DNA of 63,354 nt, counting the filler, from Bipalium vagum (Eukaryota): the NCBI GenBank assembly GCA_037834085.1. It is 3 parts of 3 records of this genome, joined end to end, with 100 filler letters (N's around TTAATTAATTAA, not from the genome) between each part and the next. Parts side by side here need not be neighbours in the genome. Positions count along the whole stretch, not along the records: positions 1 to 18,804 come from JBBMKC010018837.1; positions 18,905 to 36,683 come from JBBMKC010051766.1; 1 more part is not named here. One strand, 5' to 3'. The translations under genes and the position numbers were made by a program. Each line of letters starts with the position of its first letter. Position 1 is the stretch's first letter. The notes under the pieces are model-generated. The model was not told where the DNA came from, searched no databases, and saw only the letters and a list, made by a program, of their open reading frames with translations. Shown piece after piece: positions 14,037-26,444 of the stretch.

Positions 14037-14988
14037 CAGTGCGACCATAATTAATTGCCACGCCTTGTAAATTATGAAATGTTTATTATTTTTATTGAAA
14101 ATTTAACTTTTGATTTATTTTAAGAAAGTACAAAGTATAAGGACATGTTTTCACAATATTTTAAGTTTCTATCGGCTTGTGCAGAAATATACAGAAAAAT
14201 ATTCAGAAATGTATAGAAAAATACTCTATTTTTTCTATTGGAATTAGATCGCATTTTAGTTAGCCAAAAATATCAGCACATGGTCACTATTAAAATGACA
14301 GGTTTCATTGTTTTGTTATCTGTTTATTTATTAAATCAAATTTATAAGAATTTGATGCTTCGAAATCAAAGACGGATCTTTCGATGGGGACAGTTTTATG
14401 GACTTTATTATTGTAGTGACAACCTATGCAATCATTTCGATCGAAATCCTGGGGATGTATTGGTGATGGAAAATTGTAAATTCCATCACAGCAAAGATGT
14501 TATTAAGTTGCGTACAGAACGAGGTATTTCTTACAGATTTCTGCCACCATATTATACTTTACTTATAATTAAATTAAATTTGTTTATATATGTCAATTTA
14601 TTATTGACCATAATTAATTGCCGCACTAATTTGATTTTGCAGTATCTTTATAAATTTAGATTTTAAAGTTAATATTTTCACAAAATGTTATAAATTAGTT
14701 TTTATATTTAAAAAAGTATTAGAATTGTATCTTCACATTTTATTTTGAATAAAAAACGATTTTTAGAAAATGCGGCAATTAATTATAGCTTTTTTTCTTT
14801 ATTTTTATATAATTTAAGATTAATTTGGCTGTTTAATTGTCAATTTTTGGCTATTTTTTTCAAAATTCTTAAAAACTAGTAACAATACCCTAGTAGGTAC
14901 GTTTTATTAGATTTTTCAAAGATTTTCAGTCTTTAGACATAATATATTGTAATTTTTTTTGGTGCGCCAATTAATTATAGTCGCACTG
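14037..14988 (+). mobile_element. Non-autonomous Tc1-like IR/DR element with a transposase fragment
   Basis: TA-cagtgcgaccataattaattg (14035) and caattaattatagtcgcactg-TA (14990) are inverted repeats with TA TSD. Internal copies of the motif lie at 14606-14626 and ~14771-14789. Fragment VLVMENCKFHH...YRFLPPY is Tc1/IS630-like. Confidence 0.85.
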
Positions 14989-16710
14989 TACTTTTCTTTT
15001 TCATGAAATTGCTCAAATTCTTTGTTTGAATGAAACGGTGATATTTTTTGATTGGAAAATCATATAAGTCAGAGACTGTGTTCGATTACAAATTTTTAGT
15101 CTAAGTCCAGGATAATTTTTGTTAATTGATGAAGTCATTCGCGACAAAGAGATAGTGTTAGGTCTCTATCCACCTCTGAAAATTGAGAGATGCTTAAGCA
15201 GACTCGGAAAATCTTCGTAAAACTATAACTGAGATCGGCTTAAGGTAAGTTAATTTTGAACATTTCCCTTTGTTTTAAATTGAAGTTAATTGTCTTATTA
15301 TCTTTCTCTTTTGTTATTTTAGATTATTTTTATTCAATTTTTGTGCAGTTTTCCATGGTATTAAATTATTATTATTAAAATGTTAAAAGGCTCAAAAATT
15401 CAATAAAAGAAATTTAATTAATAATAATATTATTATTATTGGTGGTATTAGTAGATGCAGTAATTTGCTCGTCACAGTTGAACTATTCAGAACTCATTGT
15501 TTCCGTTTTTACAACATTTGAAAGCTTAGAAAATGGTAACCATGACTCCTATTATAATTTTTATTCCATTCTTCATAGATGAGAAATCTTGAAAATTTCT
15601 TTCCACAAAACCATATTATTAACAATGTTAAAAACTAATGGAATATACAAGATGGAAATGGAATTTTCCAAGATATTTCCACTCTCATTATCGTAGAGAA
15701 CTAATCCTCGCGCAGAATCGGTGGAAAATCTAGGAAATTATCTCAAAATCAAATTAATGAATCATATAAGACTGAGGAGAGGTTTGACGAAATGTTAATT
15801 AGTACTATTTAATAATTATTAAGCTGACAGACAGTTGATGGGATATAGTTGGTTAAGTCGACTCGGTTAATGGCAACTGTTGGGGTGACGGTGGGAGAAA
15901 ATCGACGACTAATTGAAATTGGCCAATGGGATATTCCAACGGAATCCACTGAATCATGGAGAACGAGCCCCATCCCGTCTGTTACAGAACGAGTGCCACA
16001 GAAGCAGAGTTCCATGACTCACAGAGCCGAATGGAATTCCCCGGTCTACTCAGTGGAAAATCGCTGGAAAATTGTTAATTTCCCAAGAAATATGGATAAT
16101 TAGTGATTAATTTTGCGACAGTGTCAGTTCTAGCAACTCCTGTTTTTTATGTTGATTCGGTCACGTCTCGATTGCTCAACGTCTGAAGAAAGGCAAGTGA
16201 AATTGTTTTCCACGTTAGTGTCGTCATTATTTTTATTATTAATTTTTTTTGTTATTATTATTATTATTATTAAAATAATTTATTCCTACAAGGATTTCTC
16301 TGTAGCGGAGTTGGAGAAATAATTAATTCACTGATGGTAATGAATTATCTTCCCAATTCCTCTATCTTTTTTCTGTCAGTTTTCAAGGAAACAGAAATTC
16401 CCTCAAAAATGCAGAAATATGTTTTGTTCTATATTTTATTTATGCTTGTTTCAGGAAAAAAAAATATTTTTCCAGTCTTTCGTTCTCATTTTTTCAATGA
16501 ATCTAATTGATTTTTCCTGGAATAATTGTTTTATTTATTTTACATTTTCATTTCATTTTTTTAAATATTTATTTTTATCAGTGAAAGTTTTTTTATCATT
16601 TATAAATTTATATTTCTTTTTTATATATTTTTGTTATATATTACCATAATTATATTATTATATAAATATAATAATTATATATTATGTATAATGAAAGCGG
16701 ATATTAATTA

Positions 16711-17216
16711 CACTACCCGGACTTTTTGTACTTTTTAAAATTTTTTTAATCGATTAAAGGTATCTGAGGAAATATTATCATAAGGAACCGTTGTATCATC
16801 ATCCTTATGATATGGCATTGGTCTGATTGCTGTTGGCAAATCTGGATATTTAATGTTTGAATGTCCATTTGTTAGCAATCATTATTATGATTGTCTTGAT
16901 GTCTCCATGCCATATGTGTGCTGAATGGTAAATTAAGAATCGTACTAGCAGAAAACATGGGCAAATAAGAGGAACATTTTCTCAATGCAGTCTGCGGTGC
17001 GTATGGTTTGTCTTAGTCACCTGATTTGAATTTGAAGTATTTTTATATCTTTTCGTTATGACTGTGTTATATTTAACCTGTCATGTTTGAAGGTATATTC
17101 GCCGCGATGTAGAAAAAATGGTTTGGACATTCAAAAACCAAGTTTGTTAGACTATTGAATGTATATATTTTCGTGATCAGTCTTATTTAATTAAAAAAGT
17201 GTTACCCCAATCAGTG
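16711..17216 (-). mobile_element. Chapaev3-like (CMC superfamily) DNA transposon remnant
   Basis: Minus-strand fragments KYFKFKSGD*DKPYAP and IKYPDLPTAIRPMPYH match my recollection of the Chapaev3 N-terminal motifs GDQDK.WAP and YP.LPSAIRPV.H. CACT...AGTG ends are flanked by TTA on both sides. The TIR match beyond 4 bp is poor. Confidence 0.55.
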
Positions 17217-17370
17217 TTATTTTAAATTAATCAATTAAATTAATATTTTTTAATAATGAAGTTATTTTATTAATTATTTTTATCTATAACAATAGATTTA
17301 TTTTTATGATGAACATTTATATTGATTTAATGGAAAGAATATTAAATAAATTTAGACATAACATAATATA

Positions 17371-18452
17371 CAGTTCTCCAAAAAAATCTTGCCGCACTAT
17401 TAAATATCACATTTTTGTATATTTATCAAAGTTGACGAAGGTAAAAGGATTGATTTCCGTTGCGTCTCTTTGTTTCTCCTTTATTTTTAACAAATAGTAC
17501 GTGATGGTACTTTAATTTCTTCCTAACTCTTTTTCAATCCATCTAATGGATTTAGCTGTGTTCTTGTACACCTTGATCATTACTTTATCATTGAAGTGTC
17601 ACTGTGTCAATTTTAGGCATGTTACTAAATAAATAGTATTACAAAAATAAAGACACTTGTCTTTAATATTTACTCTTATAATCTTTTTTTTTCTTATCAG
17701 ATCTAAATAAACAAACTTTTAAATAACTGCGGCAATAATTAATGTGAAAATATTAATATGATATACTTAAACAATTCAGTTTAATGTTAAGTAAGATTTT
17801 GATTAAACTTCAGAAACTTGTTAGAAAATATTATAACAGGGTATTTCAATTCTATAGTCTCATGATTTCAAATCTATATTACCATCATTTGAAATTTAAA
17901 AGTACTATTATAAACGTCCGCTATACTATAGATTTAATGTAAAAGCCATATAAGAACATAACATATATGACGTTCAAAGTTCATTCTTAGCTTGACATGT
18001 TCCGCTCAATTTTTTTAATGCAGATTCAAATCCGAGCTCTAATTCGATCCGCTTTATCTGCCTGTCTTTCTATGAAAACCCGTACGCTGTGCTATTTGAT
18101 TAATACTATTTGTCCCAATTTGGAACATGTTGTTTATTATATCAAAGATTTCTTTGGTAATAGTTTTTCTTTCTTTTCTTATCATTGTAATGGAAATACC
18201 CTGTGGAAAAGGTTTAAATATTTTAATAGTACTATACAGAATTGTTATATACCTCTTATATAAATATAAACATACAGTAATGGGAATATAGATTTAAAAT
18301 TGTGAGACTATAGATTTGAAATCATGATACTACAGAATTGAAATACCCTGTAATATTTGATTCTGATATACCATAATAAAAAAACTATTATCTCCTAAAT
18401 AAATTAAGATAATTTAGTTATAATTGGTGTGACAAAAATTATGTGGGGTACT
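17371..18452. mobile_element. Old non-autonomous Tc1-like element (host of a nested element)
   Basis: Degenerate TIRs TA-cagttctccaaaaaaatcttgccgcac and gtgtgacaaaaattatgtggggtactg-TA. Confidence 0.5.
17837..18350. mobile_element. Nested MITE / deletion derivative with CAGGG termini and ~21-bp subterminal repeats
   Basis: cagggtatttcaattctatagtctcatgatttcaaatctata at left is the near-perfect reverse complement of tatagatttgaaatcatgatactacagaattgaaataccctg-TA at right. The interior has an HTH-like minus-strand fragment (SINQIAQRTGFHRKT). Confidence 0.82.
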
Positions 18453-18804
18453 GTAAATAAATTATTTAATAAAATTATTATTTAAAACAAATACTTAACA
18501 AAGCGCCACTCATAAATTAAAACAAAAATAGTATCAATTTAGGTGAATGTAAATCACTTTAAAAAATACAATTAATTTCAAATAAAGTAAATGTACAGAT
18601 CATTTTGTAAAATGGAAAAAACAATTTCTCTTTTGAACAAATGTTTCTTATAGGTTTGGCAAGGAGCGAGTGCCAGATAATGCCACTTCGCTTTTTCCAA
18701 TGTGATCTCAAAATAGATGCTGATACTTACATGGTTGGGCTGACAAGTCCTTAGAATGAAGCCGAAAAAATATTTATATTTCAATAAAATTTGGCATGAT
18801 TAAT

Positions 18805-18904
18805 NNNNNNNNNNNNNNNNNNNNNNNNNNNNNNNNNNNNNNNNNNNNTTAATTAATTAANNNNNNNNNNNNNNNNNNNNNNNNNNNNNNNNNNNNNNNN
18901 NNNN
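18805..18904. other. Artificial assembly spacer (N44-TTAATTAATTAA-N44)
   Basis: Exactly 100 bp with a central six-frame stop linker; identical to 36684-36783. Confidence 0.97.
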
Positions 18905-19299
18905 CAGATTGATAATCTGTCGATTAAATTTTTTTCATTCAAATGATGTGGCAACCAAATATCATAACGAGACACATAACCAATCTTAAGCAAGTGGTTG
19001 GAAATGATTTTTTGGGATACATTGACAATAGCTGCAATATCACGTGTTGTGTATGGGTTTTCCTTAATCAAATCTTCTATGCGTTTCCTTTCTGTCATCA
19101 ATGGCCTTCCTGAGCGTGCACCATCTTCACATATGGTATCACCATCACGAAACTTTTGAAACCAGTTCTGACATACGCTTTCACTCACGGCATTTTCCCC
19201 ATACACCTCACAAATTTTCTTTTTGGCTTGTGTTGCATTTCTTCCTTTACGGAAATAAAATAACATCAAACAGCGAAAATATTGATTTTTGTCTTCCAT
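18905..19299 (-). mobile_element. Mariner transposase N-terminal ORF (mellifera-like), uninterrupted up to the assembly gap
   Basis: MEDKNQYFRCLMLFYFRKGRNATQAKKKICEVYGENAV...NWFQKFRDGD...RSGRP...WLPHHL shows the two mariner HTH regions and the WVPHEL linker, with no stop before the gap. Confidence 0.92.
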
Positions 19300-21629
19300 G
19301 TTTTCCCTATAATTTCAACTCATAGAAAGAAATTTTTAAAAATTACTTACTTTTAATGAGCGCGCTAGTTTGATTATTATAACAAATTTTTTATTTCTGT
19401 TATTTCTGTTGGTGTTTTCAATTTCACATCAACCGGCTTATCAATACAATACTCATGGTGGATTTGAGTCATAATTATTTGAAACAACTCTCAAAGGCTT
19501 CGTCGTCAAGGTCGAAAGATTACAAGAATCAGAATGTAATGATTTTATTGTAATGAATGTCAAATATATTCAGCCCAATCAATTCTTTGTGATCAAAAAA
19601 GATTGTAATTAAATTTTATCACATAATTTTTATATTTTTACAAAATGAATAAGAGTTAATAATCCATTTTTAGTGAATCCAGTTTGATAAACAAAAATTG
19701 CATCAAGTGTTAAAAAAATTAATGAACTTAAATAAAAGTTTATTTTAATTGTAATTCTTAACACCAAAGATTTGATGATTTCAATAAATGTTCTTATTTT
19801 ACTTATTGAGTGGCAACCATTGAATTCTGGGGATCACCAGGCTCAGTGGAAGCTAAAAATGTTAAAATTTCATAAATTAAATAAAAAATATAATATATCA
19901 TATATTAATATATCATATGTGATGAAGGTCACGAGAATTAATTTGGAAACCGATCGCAGTCAAAGTAGTGAGGAAATTGCTGACAATACAGTAAAGAAAA
20001 GGAACAGTTAAGTCATTATTGACTAATACTGAAGATGTTTATAGTGAAGAACATATCCGCAGAAAAACGTTTCAATTTTTAAAACCCATATATTAAATAA
20101 TAAATAGTAGAGAATTCACAACATTAGATGTTGGAACAATTAATTTAGTGTTTAATTAATTTTTAGATAAAACTAGCTACAATTGCATTAAATAGATGAC
20201 AGTATATAACTACTAGGTGATATTTGTGAATTAAATAAATCGTTAAATAAAGTTAATTAAATTTTTATTAATTTGTATTAATAAAATTTACAATTATTTA
20301 CTTCGTAGATTTTAACTAATTTTTCGTAAATTATTTAAAATTACTCCTTAGTTACATAATTATCTATTTAGACTAGATAAACAAAAGTGACCCTGGGGGT
20401 ATGAAAACGGAATTTTAACCAAAATTTTATTTTCTAAAGCTCTTAATTAAGTTGTTAATTTTATTAATTGAGAATTCAAAACTTTCAAAAATTTTTCTGT
20501 AAAATATTTTTCTTTTTGATACAATATTTTTACTAATTGTTTAAAAAAAATACATTTAAAGTATTGAAAAATACAAAACCAATGAGATTTTAAACTAATA
20601 AATCAATTCTTTAAGTTGAAACTTCTGTTAAAGTTGCTGTTTAAATTTCAAAAATCCAAGTTACAATATCACTTTCTACTTTTAAATGAAAATCTATTGT
20701 AGTAAATCTTAATTTAAATTTTTTATAATATATTAATAAATTTTCTAAATTTATCTCATTCATAAAGTTTCCAATTTTCTCTGCCTTTTGTTGTTCATTA
20801 AGTGGCTTTGAAACCATTTCCATTTTTAAATTTTCTAATTTTGGATAAATAGAAGAATTTGGTTTAATTATTTTAAAAATTTTCATTATCTTTAATAGAA
20901 TAATAATTAAATTTGTCTTTAATTTTTTATAATAAAATTTTTAAAAATGTCTTTAGAACTTTACATTGTAAAATATATAAGGATAAAAATATTTCAAAAA
21001 CGATAAAAAATAGAATTTCATAAATTTTTATACCTCTTGAATAAATTCTTAATTTATTATTACCAATAAAATCAATACATTCACTTGAATAGTTTTTGTC
21101 AGAATTATAATCAGATTAATATATTCTAAGTGAACTCTGTTGTTTCAAAATTCCTTAAGAATAAAATTTTAGTTTATTTTTTCACTATTCTTACACTAAT
21201 TTCATTTAATAAATCTTTTCTAACTTGTTTTAAATTAGATTATATCTCTTGTTTCACATATTTAAGTTTAAAACATCATTATCATTTATTAGATAAGCTA
21301 CATTTATTATTTTATTATTATTAATATTTTTTCCTTTCATAACTTCTCTACTATCATTTAAAATTTTATTTTCTCATTCATTTTGGAGTAATTTATTCTT
21401 TTACTTTATGATTATCATTTTTATAATCATCATAAAAATAAGGGGATTTAAAATAATTAACATTATTATCCATTTTTTAATTTTATCTTTTCAAAAATAA
21501 CATTTTTTCCTCTTCTAAAATATTTTGAAAAGATACCTGAACAAATTTCAAACTTCTTTTCATCAAAATGTTTCCATAAAACAAACATAGTTAATAACAA
21601 TAACGTAAGTCTGCTTTAATTTGTACATA

Positions 21630-22470
21630 TGTAACGGTCTAGGTCGCAACCTAAACTGTTACAAGGGGCGCTTACAACTGGGCTCACCAACTCCCTTGAA
21701 GCAAGTGTAAATAATAGAAAACTCACGAAAAAACAAAGTAATTAACAAAATAAAGTATATATGTTATCACAAATGCAAGGTTAAAAATCTATTCACTCAA
21801 ACAATATTCAAAATTACACACAATTATTTAATTAATAAAATATGTTCTTGACTTTACGATAGTCGAAGAAGTCCTGATAACAAAAATGAGTATTCTGTTG
21901 CCTAGAGCGAAGCAGAATCGAATTAGCGAGAGAACAATAAAAAAAGAATAAAGAAAATATTAAAAAGTTAGTGATGAAAAGAATTTCCTTCTATCACTAA
22001 ATAAATGTTAATTAATTAATTAAGTTTAAATCTATCGGTTAAGCACTTTTGGAATTAATACAAATTCTTACCTTTTATTATTACCGACATCTTAAACATC
22101 TTTTAACTCAAATAGCAATATGCGTGTTCTCAGATTGATTAAGGGAGTTTTGAATGTGAAAACCAGGATCTATTTTACTCCGGTTTTCCACATTCTAGAG
22201 CTTCTCATTGGCTCTATTCAAACTTAATAAATATAAATTTATGTGTGGGCGGTTACTATTTTAAGTAAGTTCTTATACTATAGAACTTACTATATTTAGT
22301 AACCCTACTTCAATAACATTTATTTTTGTTTAATTTCTATAATAATAATAATAATGATTATTCACGCGAGTTAATATTTTAATTAATATCTAACTCCACT
22401 TTTAATTAACTTTTAATTTATTTTTAAAATGATTTATAATTTTATTAATTATTTAAATATTATTTTTACA
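21630..22470. mobile_element. Solo-LTR-like module
   Basis: Starts TGTAAC and ends TTTACA; non-coding and locally GC-richer. No matching TSD found. Confidence 0.35.
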
Positions 22471-22769
22471 ATATAAAATACAAAATCATATCCTTTATTC
22501 AGAGATATAAAAATAAAGATAGTAGGTTTTATGAAGCCTTTTCATGCACATCAACGTAAAATTTAAATTGCAAAATAAAATGTATATTCAAATTCAAATC
22601 AAATTTCAAATATTAAATCAAATGTTTTCGATGTCGATAACAAGTTTCGGAGAGCTGTCGTCACTCTCCATCGGCTCCTGAGGTTCATCTGCGATCTCTG
22701 GAATCTTTGAATCTTGTTTTTGATCAAACTGGTTTTTTACCAGTTTTAATGTGGATTTCATTGTGGATC

Positions 22770-23070
22770 CCAACACATAGAATTTCTTTTACTCTTTCAT
22801 ATGCTCTTTAAATTTATCAAGTGGAGGTAAACCATAAGAATCAAAATAACAATTTTATATTATCCAACACAATGAACTCCTTTTTAATTTGTATTTTGAT
22901 AATTAGTGATTTTAACTTTTTTCAGTGATCTCATCTTTCATTAAAACTTTTAAATGCATTTCTAAATCTTCTGCAATATCTATTAAATCAAAATTTGTAG
23001 TTGTATTCATTCCATATTTACAGAAACATTCTAAAAGTGGATCGGGTTTTGTTATTTTAAAGCGAGACAT
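22770..23070 (-). pseudogene. Adenain-type (C5) cysteine protease pseudogene, Maverick/Polinton PRO-like
   Basis: Three frame segments: MSRFKITKPDPLLECFCKYGMNTTTNFDLIDIAEDLEMHLKVLMKDEITE / KITNYQNTN*KGVHCVG / CYFDSYGLPPLDKFKEHM. These correspond to the Polinton protease motifs TNFDL...MRDEL, IN...G.HWV (catalytic His) and YFDS(Y/F)G.PP (catalytic Asp). Confidence 0.75.
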
Positions 23071-23918
23071 TTTTAGAATTTAATTTTCGAAGATTTAGTT
23101 TTTTCATAAATATATTATTACGAGTGACGAAAAGTGGACCAGACACAGAGCAATGTTAGAAAACGATATTGGACATAACTTGGTGTGGTATGTTATGAAA
23201 TATTGTTGTTATTAATACAGATATATTACTAATATAATTGAATATTTTACAAATTAATTTATAAAAAACTAATTTTTAAAAACTCAGTATTCTCTAATAA
23301 CATCGTTGCAACTCGTTTTCATTAAATCTAACAAAGATATAAAATTAATCTTTTAATAATAATAAGGATATTAATTAATAATAATTATTAATTAAACTAT
23401 CTTTATGTTATTGATTATAAATTATACAATATTAATATTCATATCAATATTGTCAATAAAGTCATAACTTAACATAATTAAATATTTCTAAACTATTATG
23501 CGTCCATTTAAGCTCAATTATGCACCCGGATTTGTTCTTTAATTTAATTATTAAATCAAATATTGGTTGATCTGTGCAATTCAATTTTGATCGAAGATAA
23601 TATTCTCGTTCAATTTATCGGAACGTGGCCTGTAATGCAACATCAAAATTCCGCAATGACTGTGGGAGATTATTTAAATAACCTCATCTAACGCCAACAA
23701 TTTTAATAAATATGATTATAAACTATACTGATTGCAAAAATTAAATATAATTATCAAAAAAGCAGGTTTCTGGTTCAGCACATATCACGCATTAACTTTG
23801 AAAGTAAAAAAGAAACTTTAAAAATTCTGATTTTTATATTTATCCATAAACTTTAGAAATTTAGTCTTAATTTATAAATAATTTGAAATTATATCTCAAA
23901 TATTGGGGTTTTTTAATT

Positions 23919-26444
23919 TATAAATGATCCTTTCAGTAATCTGAATAGCATTCACACAAGTAACGATAAACTCACACTACCATTTTCTGAAAACTGTAAC
24001 GTAAACAAAAACCATAAGCCACGAAACCGTCGATCTCAAATGTTTTTATAAAATAAAGATTTGAAAAATAAATTTGTCATCTGAACTATGGAAATTCAGT
24101 CTTTATTTTTATAGTTTCACGTATATAACGCGTGGCAGTAAATAAAACAAACTGTCAAACGAAATCACATACAGAATCGGTGACGTCAGCCGAAGTTGCT
24201 GTCCCATCATTAGACTATAATTGCAACACACCGATCTTCCAGCCGTACATTGCGAAAAGTACACACAAATCACACACACAAAACAACAATACGAGCTTAT
24301 CAGAAAATATTTATGTGAATGATATTATGGCCAATTCTTCAGACTCCTATCAATCGTTAGTGCTTGTTCAGCTCATACAATAAATTGGACTGCTATTATA
24401 GTTCCCTTTCAGAATAGTTTATTTATTTTACTTAAAATTGTTTCAGATCAATATTTTAATAGTCAATGCCCATGAAAATAGGAGCCCAAACTAAGTAAGT
24501 TCAAATCGATTCTTTCAATGCACTGGAAATCATGATATGTTTGGTTTATTGGTGAAAGTTGATAAAAACTGGACACCATAACCTAATATATCTTGTAGTT
24601 TGATGCTGAACATCTTTTACATTTTTTAAAATTTTTAGATATGGTTCTTAATTATATAAAGTTATTTAATGGAAAAATAATATTTTCTTTATATTAATTC
24701 TATTATAAATTGGTTAATTGGATATTTTCTGAAACATTATTTTAAATGAGCACTCATAAAACTTGTTTTATTAAACTAAACATAATATCTAAAGATTTCT
24801 TTGAAAATTCAAAAATTGGATTGAAAAACAAACTCAAAAAATTAACGTTGGATACTCATTGGAATGTGAAATTGGAAAAATAGTGTTGTCAGATACTCAT
24901 TGTATTATTGGGAATTTTGATGATTCATCATTGACTAAATCGGTTATTAGTAATGACTATTAAATAAATTGGCTAACAAGCCTAATAACAATCAATTGTA
25001 GCTGTGAAACTCTAATTTAATAATACTTCTCAGATGAAGTTGGTAGAATTTCTAGTAGTTATGGCAACAATAGTAAATTTTCTGCGATGTTATTGGACAG
25101 CATTAATAGGTCTGCTTTGTTATAGGTAAGAGGTTGAAAATCGGTTGAGAGAGAAGTAATTATAGATGGATTATGGTAGTTGGCTAATTTCTATTAAAAA
25201 GTCAAGTGAGTGGCAGCTTAGTCTTAATTTTTGTTAATCAGATTTTCAGTTTTGAAAAATTAAAATTTTTTCATTTCAAATTTCCCTGGTGAATTTTTAT
25301 TGTGATTTAAACATATCGATTAATTTTTTAGAACCAATCAAATGATTAAATCTCCAATTTCTCGTTCCACTTGTGATTCAAACACTTCGATTACAATCAA
25401 GATGATATGTCCATCGGAAAGTGAAGATGATGATACATCGGACAATGAGACCCTATCCAAGCATCAGAAGCATCAGAAAAGGAGAATTTACGACAGCGAA
25501 GACGACGAAGACCCCACCAATGAAATAGTCCGTAACGAAGAAGTCGAAGATGACGATAACATTACTAATATCAGTGAAGTGTCTCCATTGAAACTACCTC
25601 TCAAAGACCCGGGTGACAGTGACGATTCCAGTGAGTTTCAAGTCGAGCTGAAAAGTGCAACTGACAGGAGCTCAAAATGCAGCGTCTCAAACACGGTTGG
25701 ATGTAAGATGATGACTGGGTTGAAAAGAAAACCGTTTTATTTTTGGGAATAATTTAGATTTCAATGACAATAGATTCGACAGTAAAGCCGACCTTTCGGA
25801 GACGGACACTCTGTCACTGAGTTCTTTAGGTAATTTTCGTTTTTCCTATATCTATTTATCGGTTTTTTAAATTTATGCATGTTTATCTAAATTTTCCAAA
25901 AAAACAATTTAAAATTCACAAAGCAATTTGAGATTAATTATCGACTCCCTACTAATGATTTGGTACTTATCCAAACGAATGTCTTCTGTGGCACAATAAA
26001 CTTTCATTTGATCTGTCGAAAACACTGCTTACGACCAATAATCAAAATATTGTCAATCGCACTTGATAGACTAAAATAGTCGATTGCTCACTTATAAAAT
26101 AAAAAATCTAAATAATTTCCATTTGTATGACTCGACCAGCTCAGGTCTAACTGTCTAAGTGATTAAAACCACAATTTCTTTATTTATATCTTGTTTGAAT
26201 CAGCTAATCTGAAGAACACACCACAATGGAATTTTCACCATCATGCAGAACAACTCCAACTTTTATTCAAATTTACCAAATCTTGGAATGCATTTAAGGT
26301 ATCCCACAATCGACTTATTCTCGTGAAATATGAACCTTCCGCTTAATTATCCGGAATTTCGAGTCAAGGAGAAGAATGAAAACTTTTAAATACGTGCACG
26401 AAATAAGTGTTATTAGGAAAGCCATTTAACAAACTGACTGACCT
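23919..26444 (+). pseudogene. Decayed multi-exon gene encoding a Ser/Asp/Glu-rich low-complexity protein of unknown family
   Basis: Exon-like blocks with AG/GT boundaries and chained phases: ~24115-24355, 24447-24494, 25332-25702, 25758-25829 and 26204 onward. The 55-bp intron 25703-25757 matches host intron size. In-frame stops occur at 24126, in 24447-24494 and after ~26343. Confidence 0.55.

Noticed and set aside
15765-15825. Hammerhead-ribozyme-like core CTGAGGA...CGAAA followed by an imperfect hairpin
   Set aside because: Stem II has only one pair, the NUH site is out of register and no stem I partner exists.
15809-16103. Overlapping ORFs of 68 and 84 aa on opposite strands
   Set aside because: No recognisable motif or splice context; the openness is explained by local GC richness of an LTR-like island.
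20101-23300. Possible Maverick termini (agtagagaatt at ~20106 and attctctaat at ~23289)
   Set aside because: Similarity is limited to about 8 bp; there is no long TIR and no 6-bp TSD.
24115-24494. In-frame TAA/TAG within phase-consistent exons, suggesting a ciliate-type code (TAR = Gln)
   Set aside because: The 783-codon striatin frame has no internal TAA or TAG and its Gln codons, where checked, are CAA/CAG. The same locus also has an in-frame TGA further on. Pseudogene decay is simpler.
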